In this document: piece after piece, positions 38,465-48,524 of the stretch
Numbering within the stretch: position 1 is the first letter of the stretch
How the letters are laid out: every line of letters starts with the position of its first letter
The notes under the pieces: generated by a model
What the model was told of the DNA's origin: nothing
The model's input: the letters and a program-made list of their open reading frames with translations, nothing else
Database searches by the model: none
Made by a program: the position numbers and the translations under genes
NCBI GenBank assembly: GCA_964605665.1
Contig: CAZSDP010000022.1
Span: 11,238 to 75,237, forward strand
Reading direction: 5' to 3'
DNA: 64,000 nucleotides
Source of the DNA: an uncultured Planctomycetia bacterium
GTDB lineage: Bacteria; Planctomycetota; UBA8108; UBA1146

Positions 38465-39607
38465 ATGTTGGACGGATTCTCTTTCGCGGTGACTGCGGGG
38501 GCGGTGAACGGTCCTCGAGTGGGACGACTCGCCACCCCGCACGGAGAGATCGAGACCCCGGCGTTCATGCCGGTCGGAACCCGCGGTGCGGTCAAGGGGC
38601 TCACCCCCGATCAATTGCGTGAATGTGGATCTCAGATCGTTCTGGCGAATGCCTATCATCTGCACATCCGACCGGGAGAAGAGACGGTGGCAAAGCTGGG
38701 AGGCTTGCACCAGTTCATGGGGTGGGACCGACCGATTCTCACCGACTCTGGCGGTTTCCAAGTCTTCTCCCTCGCCGAGCTTCGCGACTTAGATGATGAC
38801 GGCGTCAGTTTTCGCTCTCACATCGATGGATCGCCGATACGACTCACACCGGAACGGGTGCTCGACATCGAGGCCGCGCTCAATCCCGACATCGCCATGG
38901 TTCTCGATCATTGTCCTCAACCGGCGGTCGATGAAGCGGGGGCGCGCGACGCGCTCGAACGAACGATGGCGTGGGCGGAGCGAGCGGTGCAGCACCGGGA
39001 GTCTGTGCGGACTCGTCGACCGATGGCTCTTTTCGGAATCGTTCAAGGGGGCGTCCACCAGTCGTTGCGGCGAGAAGCGGTGGAGCGCCTTCGAGAGCTT
39101 CCCTTTGACGGCTATGCGGTGGGCGGAGTTTCCGTCGGTGAAGATCGGGCGACGATGCTGCGGACGATTCCCTGGGGGAGTCACGGTCTTCCCGTCGACC
39201 GACCGCGCTATCTGATGGGGGTGGGTGGTTTCGAGGAGTTTCGGGTCGCCGTCGAAAATGGCATCGACCTCTTCGATTGTGTCATCCCGACCCGCAATGC
39301 CCGGAGCGCCTATCTCTTTCGGAGAAGTGGTGGGCCACTCCGGATGCGCAACAGTATCCACAAGGAGGATCCTCGACCGATCGAAGATGGGTGTGAGTGC
39401 CTCGCCTGCCGGCAATTCTCCCGCGGGTTCCTCCATCACCTGTATCACCGTAAGGAGATGCTCGCGTCCACCCTCGGGTCGATCCACAACCTCCACGTCT
39501 TTCACCGTTTCTTGACCGAGGCGCGCCAGGCGATCTCCGAAGGAGAATGGGAGCGCTTTCGAGCGGAGGTGGCCCCCCTCGAAGAGCTCTATCGAGAGCC
39601 CGCCTGA
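38465..39607 (+). CDS. tgt: Queuine tRNA-ribosyltransferase
   Basis: MLDGFSFAVTAGAVNGPRVGRLATPHGEIETPAFMPVGT...ILTDSGGFQVFSL... aligns with the E. coli Tgt N-terminus. Zn site CECLACRQFSRGFLHHL. Confidence 0.9.
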   Translation: MLDGFSFAVTAGAVNGPRVGRLATPHGEIETPAFMPVGTRGAVKGLTPDQLRECGSQIVLANAYHLHIRPGEETVAKLGGLHQFMGWDRPILTDSGGFQVFSLAELRDLDDDGVSFRSHIDGSPIRLTPERVLDIEAALNPDIAMVLDHCPQPAVDEAGARDALERTMAWAERAVQHRESVRTRRPMALFGIVQGGVHQSLRREAVERLRELPFDGYAVGGVSVGEDRATMLRTIPWGSHGLPVDRPRYLMGVGGFEEFRVAVENGIDLFDCVIPTRNARSAYLFRRSGGPLRMRNSIHKEDPRPIEDGCECLACRQFSRGFLHHLYHRKEMLASTLGSIHNLHVFHRFLTEARQAISEGEWERFRAEVAPLEELYREPA

Positions 39608-39662
39608 CCACCAAAACTCCTCCAAAAGCCCAGAATGAGTGCTTTTCCTACCTCGGGAAGCG

Positions 39663-39690
39663 TTGAACGCCTGGTGCACTCCTCTATAAT
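39663..39690 (+). promoter_or_regulatory. Near-consensus sigma70-type promoter TTGAAC-N16-TATAAT about 220 nt upstream of yajC
   Basis: Read from the sequence, in an unusually AT-rich island for this genome. Confidence 0.3.
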
Positions 39691-39910
39691 CCCCGATTCA
39701 ATCTGGCGATAAGCCACCATCTCTTAGCGGGTTAAGAGGAATCGAGTGAAGGTGAATCAGCCCCCGAAAGGGTGAACTTCATCTGTCGAGGTTCCGAGAT
39801 CCGCCGATAAAGAGAGTACGTCGGCGATCGACCAGTGGCTCGATCGAGCTTCTCGGCAGGCGAGGAGCCGCGGTCGGATGCGGACGTTTGACTCGGAGGG
39901 GAAGACCGGC

Positions 39911-40408
39911 ATGTTCGGACTCGTGGCTCTTTTTGAGCCGTACGCAGTAACTGGGTGGAGTCTTTTGCCGCCGAGTGTGACGCGTCACTTCATCGGATTG
40001 CCGATCGCCCAAGTCGATGGAGTTGAGGCACCCGCATCCGCTGAGGGGACTCCCGGTTCGACGGGCAATCCCAATCCGATGGGTAGCCTCCTCGACATGC
40101 TGCCACTGGTGATCTTCTTGTACGTGATCTTCTACGTCTTGATGATTCGCCCGCAGCGAAAGCAACAGCAACAGCACGACCTGTTGCTCAAGAATCTGAA
40201 ACAGTACGACACGGTGCGCACCAGCGGAGGCATCTTCGGTCAGGTCGCCACCATCGATGAAGAACAAGACCAAGTCGTCCTCAAGGTCGACGAGAAACAA
40301 AATGTGAGAATGCGCGTGTTGCGGTCCTCCATTGTTGCAGTGGTCGGTCGGGGTGAACAATCCTCCGCCGAAGTTGCGACGACCGCCGCCACGGGAAAGC
40401 CGAGGTAA
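39911..40408 (+). CDS. yajC: Preprotein translocase subunit YajC (with N-terminal extension; alternative start ATG 40078)
   Basis: LLDMLPLVIFLYVIFYVLMIRPQRKQQQQHDLLLKNLKQYDTV...VVLKVDE is the YajC signature. Immediately upstream of secDF. Confidence 0.75.
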   Translation: MFGLVALFEPYAVTGWSLLPPSVTRHFIGLPIAQVDGVEAPASAEGTPGSTGNPNPMGSLLDMLPLVIFLYVIFYVLMIRPQRKQQQQHDLLLKNLKQYDTVRTSGGIFGQVATIDEEQDQVVLKVDEKQNVRMRVLRSSIVAVVGRGEQSSAEVATTAATGKPR

Positions 40409-40415
40409 CGGATCG

Positions 40416-43160
40416 ATGCTGAAGAACACGTTTTGGGGTTTCGTCATCGTCGCCCTGCTGATTGTCGGTTCCGTTTGGTCGTTGAAAGACTTCTCCGACC
40501 CTGAAACGGGCATCAATCTCGGGATCGACCTTCGGGGTGGAACCGAGTTGGTCTACGAGATCGATCTCGATCTGATCAACCCCGAGTCACGAGCCACCAT
40601 CCTGGAAGATGTCAAAGCGGTCATCGGAAACCGATTTGATGCCTTTGGTCTGAAGGAGATCTCGATCGCTACCGCGGGGCGAGATCGACTGATCATCCAG
40701 TTGCCCGGCTTCGATAACGCCGAGCTGCAACAGATGAAGCAGCAGATCGAGCGCTCCGGAGAGCTTTCCTTCCACCTTCGTTCGACCGATCAGAGCGAGG
40801 CGACCCTCGATGCCATCGAGGCGGAGTGGCGCGATTACGAGGCGCGGCTCAAGGCGTTCAATGTTCAGGGAGTGGGGACTGCGCCCACCCTGCCGACGCG
40901 CCGAGTGGTGAGACCGAAAGATGATTCGGTGTCAACCGCCGCGCGGATCGCGGTGGAGTGGGACGAAGATGGAATGGTCAGCGGTCGGTGGCTCCAGAGT
41001 GCGAGCTTCGGCCGGGATGAGTATAGCAATCCCGCTATCGCGTTTAGCTTCAGTGGGATCGGCGCCCAGAAGTTCGGAGAGCTGACCGGAAACAATGTCG
41101 GGCAGCAACTCTCCATCGTGCTCGACGGCACGATGATCCAGCAGGCGGAGATCCAGTCTCGGATCACCAACCAAGGTCGCATCACCGGTCAGTTCGAGCA
41201 GGAATACGTCAACGGCATCGTCACCCTGCTGCGCGCAGGGAGTCTGCCCGCCCGACCGATGCTCGCCAATGAGCAGACGATCGGTGCGCTCCTCGGTCGA
41301 GACTCGGTCGATCGAGGGATGAAGGCGATGCTGACCGGTTTCACCATCGTCGTCATCTTCATGTTGATCTACTACATGGCGGCGGGTGTGGTGGCCAATA
41401 TCGCACTCTTCCTCAACATGCTCTTCCTCTTGGCAGCGATGCAGATCTTCCGCAATACGCTGACCTTCCCCGGCATGGCTGGATTGCTGCTCACGGTCGG
41501 TATGGCGGTGGATGCAAACATTCTGATCTTTGCCAGGATCAGAGAGGAGAAAGCGCGGGGGCGCGGGCTCGCCCAAGCGGTTCAGGCCGGGTATCAACGG
41601 GCGTTCTGGACCATCTTCGATGCCAATGTCACCACCTTGATCACCGCGTACATCCTCTTCAAATTCGGTTCGGGAGCGGTCAAAGGGTTCGCGGTGGTGC
41701 TCTCCATCGGGATCGTGGCGAGCTTCTTCACCTCGATCTATGTCAGCCGCTTGATTCTGACAATCCTCATCCGAAACGGGTGGGTCAAAGAGCTGCGGAT
41801 GATGGCGATCTTGACCAATACCAAGATCGATTTCATGAAGCGCGCGAAGACCTTTGCCACCCTTTCGGCGATCGTGGTGATCTGCGGATTGCTGCTTTTG
41901 GGAATCCGTGGTCGTAACTCTCTCGGTATCGACTTTACCGGTGGAGCGCGATTGATCACCAGCTTGAGTCAGTCGACCAGCGAATCAGACATTCGAGAGA
42001 TCGTTGCCAACATCACCGATGACTCCGGCGAGAAGATCTTTGCGGATGTTCAGGTGCAGCGGCTCGGGGGCACTGAAGAGGGATCGACCTCTTTCTCGAT
42101 TCGCACCCGCCACATGGAGCTGAATACATCGCAACCGCGCACTGCGGAGGAACTCCAGCCGGGAGCGGTTGATTCGGCGAGTCCGACCTCGAGCACCGAT
42201 CAATTCCGATTGCTGGTCGCCGATGCGTTGCGGGAGCGGAGCCTCCTCGCTCCCGATGGCATCACCGACGTCGTTCTCACCGAAGATCCAGGACTCTTCA
42301 GAGCGAAGATCAACGTGATCGCGCCAACGACGGTGACCACCAGCAATCTTCAGAGCTTCTTGACCGAAGAGGGCTTCCCTGCGACCAAGGTCGACAATCG
42401 AGTTCAAATTGCTGCGCTTCCCGAGGGAAGGGCGCTCTACGCGTTCGATGTCGAGGCGACTCCCACTGAGGAGCTGCAAATCTTCGGCTTGGAAGAGGCG
42501 TTGAGTGCCGTCTGGAAGGGCGGGGTCAACGCGTCAGAGATCACCCTTTCGACCCCCTTCCCCGAGGTGAACTCGATCGGGGGCCGCGTCGCGGCGGATA
42601 TGCAGGGGAAGGTCTTCGTCTCGATGATGATCGCCTTCTTCGCGATCGTGTTCTACATTTCGCTGCGCTTCCGGTTCCAGTTCGGCCTGGCGGCGATCGT
42701 CGCGTTGGTCCACGACATCTGCTTCGTGTTGGGAGCTCTCGCCTTGGGCGATCTCATCTTTGGCGATTGGCTCACCTTGAAGATCAACCTGCCCGTCGTT
42801 GCAGCACTGCTGACAACGGTCGGATACTCGTTGAACGACACGATCGTGATCTTCGACCGGATTCGGGAGAATCTGGCTGGCAAGAAGCGCGACGTCGATT
42901 ACACCGATATCGTCAATACCTCCATCAATCAGACCCTGAATCGAACCGTTCTCACCTCTGCGACCACGTTTGTCGTGGTGAGCGTGCTGTTGCTCTTCGG
43001 AGGTGAAGGATTGACCGCATTCAGCTACGCGTTGGTGCTGGGGGTCCTGGTCGGAACCTACTCTTCGATCTTTGTGGCGAGTCCGGCGCTGATCTACTTC
43101 CACAAGCGCTCCGTCGCCCGCCGTGAAGAGATGCTCGCGGAGTTTGCCACCGCAAAGTGA
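40416..43160 (+). CDS. secDF: Fused protein-export membrane protein SecD/SecF
   Basis: SecD N-terminus MLKNTFWGFVIVALLIVG...GIDLRGGTELVYEID. Two 6-TM modules, each with an RND-like signature. 914 aa. Confidence 0.9.
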   Translation: MLKNTFWGFVIVALLIVGSVWSLKDFSDPETGINLGIDLRGGTELVYEIDLDLINPESRATILEDVKAVIGNRFDAFGLKEISIATAGRDRLIIQLPGFDNAELQQMKQQIERSGELSFHLRSTDQSEATLDAIEAEWRDYEARLKAFNVQGVGTAPTLPTRRVVRPKDDSVSTAARIAVEWDEDGMVSGRWLQSASFGRDEYSNPAIAFSFSGIGAQKFGELTGNNVGQQLSIVLDGTMIQQAEIQSRITNQGRITGQFEQEYVNGIVTLLRAGSLPARPMLANEQTIGALLGRDSVDRGMKAMLTGFTIVVIFMLIYYMAAGVVANIALFLNMLFLLAAMQIFRNTLTFPGMAGLLLTVGMAVDANILIFARIREEKARGRGLAQAVQAGYQRAFWTIFDANVTTLITAYILFKFGSGAVKGFAVVLSIGIVASFFTSIYVSRLILTILIRNGWVKELRMMAILTNTKIDFMKRAKTFATLSAIVVICGLLLLGIRGRNSLGIDFTGGARLITSLSQSTSESDIREIVANITDDSGEKIFADVQVQRLGGTEEGSTSFSIRTRHMELNTSQPRTAEELQPGAVDSASPTSSTDQFRLLVADALRERSLLAPDGITDVVLTEDPGLFRAKINVIAPTTVTTSNLQSFLTEEGFPATKVDNRVQIAALPEGRALYAFDVEATPTEELQIFGLEEALSAVWKGGVNASEITLSTPFPEVNSIGGRVAADMQGKVFVSMMIAFFAIVFYISLRFRFQFGLAAIVALVHDICFVLGALALGDLIFGDWLTLKINLPVVAALLTTVGYSLNDTIVIFDRIRENLAGKKRDVDYTDIVNTSINQTLNRTVLTSATTFVVVSVLLLFGGEGLTAFSYALVLGVLVGTYSSIFVASPALIYFHKRSVARREEMLAEFATAK

Positions 43161-43185
43161 GTTCTGCCGTAAATCGACACTTTGA

Positions 43186-43228
43186 GAACGCGGATCGGGG
43201 TCAACCCTGATCCGCGTTCTTTACTTTG
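43186..43228 (+). terminator. Rho-independent terminator GAACGCGGATC-loop-GATCCGCGTTC followed by TTTACTTTG after secDF
   Basis: Perfect 11-bp stem plus T-rich tail, 26 nt after the stop codon. Confidence 0.65.
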
Positions 43229-43455
43229 CGGTTGACGATCTGCTGACGGCGGGGTCCTGCGCGCGGTCTCCGGAATCGGTGCGGAAAGCGGTGGGGAATC
43301 TCGCCGTTTCCGGGTAATCTTCCCATTGCTCCAACGCCGCGCGACCCTTCTTTGAGTCGGGTCGACCTGGAGCGAGCTGGTTCTACTGAATTCACGGGTC
43401 TCCGAGAGCATTGGCATCCCTTTCTCCGGTGACCGCGATCCTGCTGTGACCGTTT

Positions 43456-43506
43456 CCCGGCTCGACTGATTGCCCGGCTTGACTGATTGCCCGGCTTGAC
43501 GGTGTG
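43456..43506. repeat. Three tandem 17-nt direct repeats CCCGGCT(C/T)GACTGATTG upstream of the LysM protein gene
   Basis: Read directly from the sequence. Confidence 0.35.
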
Positions 43507-43696
43507 CCATCAACGCGCTGCTCCGTCAGTTCTCTGCACAAGTGGAGCTGGTGGGGGGTTGCTGAACGCGACCGGATGCGTCGCGGGGCGGGAATGCCGG
43601 TAACATCCTTTTGTGAAACAGCTTAGTAAGACTGGCTCAGTTCGATCCTGGGGTTTGAGCAGCATTTCAGCTGCTTTTGAGGGGAGGAGCCGAACC

Positions 43697-44833
43697 ATGG
43701 GTAACGGCACCAAGATTGGGATGGTTCTCGTGTTGGTTTTGGTGGTGATCGTCACCGTCAAAGTCTTCGATAGTGGGGAACCGGAGCAACAGGCGAAGAG
43801 CAACTCGAAGGAGACGTCCTCCAAGAGCGAACCGAAGGCGGCAGACACCGCCTCGAAGAGTGCCAAGACGACCTCAGGCACCTCGAGAGGTTCTCGCGCT
43901 GCAGTTTCTTCGCGCTCCAATCCGCGCGCCAGCTCTCCCGTGGGAGAGAACAGTCGAACGAACCGAACCGATCGTCCGATTGTCGGCTCCAGACCCCGAT
44001 CTGGAGATGCGGCCAACTCGACTCGCTACGACGCCGGAAGAGATCGTCGACTCGCCCAAAACAATTCCACTTCCAGCAATCGAGGAGCCTCCGGCGTTGC
44101 AAATCGCCCGGAGAGCGCGAAGCAAGGTGACGGGAAGGTCTCCACCGACCCACGGGTGCGACCCACTTCCACCTCCGCGTCTCGCGGGGGGAAGCCGGTG
44201 GGGGCGATCGACCCCAGCGGCGTGCGCCCGAGCCCCACGGGGGCAGGAGATGCGCGCCCTGTTCCAGCGACCGCCCGGAGTGGAGTCGCCTCCACTTCAG
44301 AGACTGCGACCACATCGCGAGGGAATGAGCGCCGCCGGTCGGGGATCATCGGTCGCCAGCCCGGGGCGGAACCGCCGACCACGACGTCGGAGCGCAAGTC
44401 CTCGACGAGCACCCCGGGATTCCCGAAGACCCACCAAGTGGTCGAAGGGGACAGTCTCTGGAAGCTCGCTGAGACCTACTACCAGCGACCCAGTCTTTTC
44501 ACGCTGATCTTGCAGCACAATCCGAAGTTGGGCGATGGATCTGAACTGCGGATCGGTGATCAATTGAAGATCCCAGCTCCTCCCGCAGCAGTGGCGTCGG
44601 CAGTGAAGAAGAACGCCTCTTCCAAGCCGACCACCGCTTCTTCGAGTCGCCGCGAGACCACCGCGCAGAATGGCTTCCGCACCCATGTGATCGAAGATGG
44701 AGATACCCTCTACGATCTCGCAGAAGAGTACCTGGGGAGTGGTCAGCGTTGGACCGACATTCAAAAGGCGAACCCTGGTCTCGATCCGTCTCGACTGACG
44801 ATCGGTAAGCAGATCCGCGTCCCGAATAGTTAG
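43697..44833 (+). CDS. Membrane-anchored Ser/Thr/Arg-rich protein with two C-terminal LysM domains
   Basis: N-terminal TM KIGMVLVLVLVVIVTV. LysM 1: HQVVEGDSLWKLAETYY...LKIPAP. LysM 2: THVIEDGDTLYDLAEEYLG...IRVPN. Confidence 0.75.
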   Translation: MGNGTKIGMVLVLVLVVIVTVKVFDSGEPEQQAKSNSKETSSKSEPKAADTASKSAKTTSGTSRGSRAAVSSRSNPRASSPVGENSRTNRTDRPIVGSRPRSGDAANSTRYDAGRDRRLAQNNSTSSNRGASGVANRPESAKQGDGKVSTDPRVRPTSTSASRGGKPVGAIDPSGVRPSPTGAGDARPVPATARSGVASTSETATTSRGNERRRSGIIGRQPGAEPPTTTSERKSSTSTPGFPKTHQVVEGDSLWKLAETYYQRPSLFTLILQHNPKLGDGSELRIGDQLKIPAPPAAVASAVKKNASSKPTTASSSRRETTAQNGFRTHVIEDGDTLYDLAEEYLGSGQRWTDIQKANPGLDPSRLTIGKQIRVPNS

Positions 44834-44888
44834 CCTTCTCTCAGAACCGTTTGGAGAAGCAGGAGACCGCCACTTCTTAGGTGGTTTG

Positions 44889-44943
44889 GAACACCGCTCG
44901 CGGTTGGTTCGCCTTTCGGCGAGATCGACTGCGAGCGGTGTTC
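44889..44943. terminator. Long inverted repeat (13-bp perfect arms GAACACCGCTCGC / GCGAGCGGTGTTC enclosing an inner TCGCC-tttc-GGCGA hairpin) between the convergent LysM gene and fliM
   Basis: Read from the sequence. No U-tract on either strand. Confidence 0.35.
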
Positions 44944-45210
44944 TCGATGGTATGGAAGATCGCTCTCTCGGCCTTCTTTCCCACTCCGGGGGGTAGCGCG
45001 GGTCGTCGCGACCGCCGTTCGTCGGTGAGGACGCGCTGTGCTCACTCTTGGCTCCCTCAGAGAGGAGAATCGCCGCGATGGAGCGGCGGAGTTCGAACGG
45101 CCTTCGAATCGGTCGTGGAGCCGGTTTTTCAAGAGCGTTGAGGGGAGGCGATCGGAGATCGAACGAGCTTCCGATCTGTATCGAGGATCGTCCCTTGCGC
45201 GAAGAGGAGT

Positions 45211-46275
45211 TCAGGCGTCGGGGTCGGTGGGGCGGACCCGATCGAGAAGTTGCACCACCTGGCGGTTTTTTTGGGTGTAGGGGGTGCCGCGGAATTTGCG
45301 CCGTCCTTGAATCGACAGCGTGATCGGCTGATCTTGCGGATGTCCGGTATCGAGGATATCGCCAGGTCGAAGCGTCAGCAGATCGTAGAGGCTGACCGGG
45401 GTTTCCGCGAGGACCGCGGAGAGCTCGATCGGTGCGTTCGCGATGTTCCCGAGGATTCGGTCGCGGCTCGCTCCACCTTCACGTGATCGGCTCGAAGAGA
45501 ACCAGTTGCTCTGGGAGAACTCCGGCATAATCGGCTCGATCACTTTAAAGGGGATGCAGAGGTTCACCATCCCTGAGTAATCACCCATCATCAGTTCGAA
45601 GCTGAGCAATACGATCGGTTCGTTCGGCGCGACGATCTGCAGCAGGAAGGGGTTCGATTCCCGTTCGAAGATCTGGAAGTCGATCTCCTTCACGCTCTCC
45701 CAAGTCTCACGGAGCTGCTGGATCATCCGGTCGAGCACCGTATTGACCAACCCCAGTTCGATGTTGGTGAAGGGGCGCTCGAGGTAGAGCGCCTCCGATT
45801 TTCCACCACCGAGGAGTCGATCGATGATCGGGTACAAGATCGACGGATTCACTTCGAGGATGATGTTTCCCTCGAGTGGTTCGCAGGTCAGCAAGTTGAA
45901 GGAGGTTGGAATCGGCAATGACATCGTGAATTCGGAGTAGGTGAATTGCTCCACCGAAACCAACCGAACCTCCACGATGTGCCGGAGGTAACCGGAGAGG
46001 GATGCGCTGAGATTTCTCGCGAAGACTTCGTGTAATGCTTCGAGCGCGATCACTTGGCTCTTGGAGACGCGCTCCGGTCGCTTGAAGTCGTAGATCGAGA
46101 TTTGATGGGAGGGGAGCGGGTTGTATTTCTCAACGGCGCGCTGGGAATCTGGGGATTGCTCCTCGACCGCTTCCGCCGTTTCGGCGACCGCGGATTTCTT
46201 CGACTCTCCGCCCGGGCTCGACTGAGCGAGGTGCATCAGCGCCTCGACCTCGTCTGGTTTGAGCGGTTCGGGCAT
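45211..46275 (-). CDS. fliM: Flagellar motor switch protein FliM (isolated from other flagellar genes)
   Basis: LGG motif, ...FLLQIVAPNEPIVLLSFELMMGDYSGMVNLCIPFKVIEPI..., and a C-terminal SpoA/FliN-like domain. Confidence 0.85.
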   Translation of the reverse strand: MPEPLKPDEVEALMHLAQSSPGGESKKSAVAETAEAVEEQSPDSQRAVEKYNPLPSHQISIYDFKRPERVSKSQVIALEALHEVFARNLSASLSGYLRHIVEVRLVSVEQFTYSEFTMSLPIPTSFNLLTCEPLEGNIILEVNPSILYPIIDRLLGGGKSEALYLERPFTNIELGLVNTVLDRMIQQLRETWESVKEIDFQIFERESNPFLLQIVAPNEPIVLLSFELMMGDYSGMVNLCIPFKVIEPIMPEFSQSNWFSSSRSREGGASRDRILGNIANAPIELSAVLAETPVSLYDLLTLRPGDILDTGHPQDQPITLSIQGRRKFRGTPYTQKNRQVVQLLDRVRPTDPDA

Positions 46276-46461
46276 TCGAGAGCTCTCTTTCTCAGGATCC
46301 CCGCAGGCGCGACTGCGGGTCATTCGATCGCAGAGACCCTCGCTCGGCGCATCGAGACCATATCTTAGCTATCGGCGCGACGCGGTTCCGGCTCCACCCG
46401 GAATTTTGCCCACCGGCGAAATTCTCCCTCTGACGACCAGCCACTCCCTAGCAGCAGATCC

Positions 46462-46896
46462 CTACAACTCCGAGATGCGTCCCTCGCCTCGCAGCCAGAG
46501 CTCGAGGGGAATTCCTCGCTCATTTCGATCTCGGCCGAGAACCTTCTCGAGGAGCTCTTTCTCCACCCTCGGGTCGGTTTCGATGGCGTGATACCACCGT
46601 GAGGCATCATCGGTTGATTGAAGAAGTTCTCGGTAGAGGCCTTCCGCTTCATGGAGTTCTCGTTCGAGACTCTGCAGTTGCTGTTCACGGGGGGAGTTCC
46701 ACCCCGCCGCGATCAAAGCGGAGATCCCGATCAAAAGGAGGAGGAACTGCAGAAAGGGGAGATCGATGAGGGCGAGAAGGGATGGGGGGGCGGAGTCGGT
46801 CCAGCGGGTGCCACCGCCGGAATGGCTCGCCTGAGCACTCTTGAGATCAGAGCTCGTTGAATCTGTGCGCGATGGTTTCCGTCGCCACAGGATCAT
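46462..46896 (-). CDS. FtsB/DivIC-like septum formation initiator (TM plus coiled coil)
   Basis: TM LLLLIGISALIAAGW, coiled-coil QQLQSLERELHEAEGLYRELLQ, ...DPRVEKELLEKVLGRDRNERGIP. Downstream of eno, a widely conserved eno-ftsB arrangement (established knowledge). Start uncertain. Confidence 0.45.
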   Translation of the reverse strand: MILWRRKPSRTDSTSSDLKSAQASHSGGGTRWTDSAPPSLLALIDLPFLQFLLLLIGISALIAAGWNSPREQQLQSLERELHEAEGLYRELLQSTDDASRWYHAIETDPRVEKELLEKVLGRDRNERGIPLELWLRGEGRISEL

Positions 46897-47072
46897 TCGC
46901 GGTCCCTTCGGAGCACCGTGCGCGAGGGGTCGACGACCTCTCAGTGCCCATCCTCGTGTCACCAGGCCTCATGTTACGGCGCCCTCACCGGAGGTGAGTG
47001 GCGGCTGGCGACCGGATGGTTACTCCCGCGGCGTCGGGAGTCACCACCTGGGGATATTGAAGCGAGATCTGC

Positions 47073-48341
47073 TCAGTACCGCAAGGGCCCGAAGCCCGCC
47101 TCTGCACCGAGTTGCTCAGAAATCCGGAGCAGACGGTTGTATTTGGCGTTTCGCTCCGAGCGGCAGGGGGCGCCGGTTTTGATCCATCCGCAGCCGGTGG
47201 CCACCGCGAGGTCGGCGATGAAGTCATCTTCGGTTTCTCCCGAGCGGTGGGAAATCACCACGCGGAGACCATGTTCACTCGCGAGCCGGCACGCTTGCAG
47301 GGTCTCGGTCACGGTACCGATCTGGTTCAGTTTGATCAGAATCGCATTGGCAGCGTTTTCGTCGATCGCTCGCTTCAACCGGCTCAGTTGGGTGACCAAC
47401 AGGTCATCTCCGATCAGACGAATCTCTGAAAGGGTCGCCGTCAGATGTCGCCAGCCTTCCCAGTCATCCTCCGCAAGACCATCTTCGATGGAGGTGATCG
47501 GGAACCGTTCCACCAGAGTTCGATAACGTGCCGTCATCTCCTCCGCGCTCAACGGAGCAGATTCGGTGGAGAGGTGATAAGCGCCATCGCGATAGAACTC
47601 GCTCGCGGCGACGTCGAGAGCGAAGGTGAACTCTTTTTCGCAGCCGCTTCCGTAGCCGGCGTCCTCGACCGCGGCGTTCAACTCTTCGAGAACCGCTTCG
47701 TCACCGGGCAAGTCTGGGGCGAACCCTCCCTCATCTCCCACCGCGACCGTCAAGCCGCGAGCTGCCAACCGCTTCTTCAGAGCGTGATAGACCTCGACCC
47801 CATACCGCAATGCGGTTGGAAAGTCGGGAGCACCGGAAGGAGCGAGCATGAACTCTTGGAAGTCGAGACTGTTGTTGGCATGGGCTCCCCCGTTGACCAC
47901 GTTGAGCAGAGGGATCGGAAGGCGCAGATTCCCCGGGCCTCCCAAGTAGCGATAGAGGGGGAGCTCTGAGGACTCCGCCGCGGCGCGGGCGACCGCCATC
48001 GAGACTCCGAGGGTTGCGTTCGCTCCGAGCCGCGATTTGTTGTCGGTACCATCGAGATCGATCATCGCCCGATCGACGGTGGCTTGGTCGAGTGCATCCT
48101 GCCCCAGAACCGCGTCGCAGATCTCTCCCCGAATGTGTTCAAGCGCGCGCTCGACTCCCTTTCCGCCCCACGCTTCCTCGCCGTCGCGAAGTTCGAGCGC
48201 TTCCGCCGCTCCGGTCGAGGCGCCCGATGGGACCGCCGCGCGGCCGAAGGAGCCGTCGTCGAGCAAGCAATCGACTTCCACGGTGGGAAATCCACGTGAG
48301 TCGAGAATCCAGCGGCAATCGAGATCGACGATGATGCCCAT
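47073..48341 (-). CDS. eno: Enolase
   Basis: [24 protein letters not shown]...[18 protein letters not shown]... full-length match to the family. The track ORF extends 160 codons upstream of the true ATG. Confidence 0.92.
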   Translation of the reverse strand: MGIIVDLDCRWILDSRGFPTVEVDCLLDDGSFGRAAVPSGASTGAAEALELRDGEEAWGGKGVERALEHIRGEICDAVLGQDALDQATVDRAMIDLDGTDNKSRLGANATLGVSMAVARAAAESSELPLYRYLGGPGNLRLPIPLLNVVNGGAHANNSLDFQEFMLAPSGAPDFPTALRYGVEVYHALKKRLAARGLTVAVGDEGGFAPDLPGDEAVLEELNAAVEDAGYGSGCEKEFTFALDVAASEFYRDGAYHLSTESAPLSAEEMTARYRTLVERFPITSIEDGLAEDDWEGWRHLTATLSEIRLIGDDLLVTQLSRLKRAIDENAANAILIKLNQIGTVTETLQACRLASEHGLRVVISHRSGETEDDFIADLAVATGCGWIKTGAPCRSERNAKYNRLLRISEQLGAEAGFGPLRY

Positions 48342-48524
48342 CGGTGACTCCTCAAGTGAAGGGGATTGAGAGGGTACGAATCTGTGGGGATGGTGCGGCT
48401 CTGAGGATGCTGTGTCAATCGAAGTGCTGGGGGGAGAGCGGTCTGGAGGGGGAATTTTGGTCACATCGCCTCGGAGTTTCCGGGAGGGGTGGAGTCGCCG
48501 GGGTGGGGATCTACAATCGCTCCC

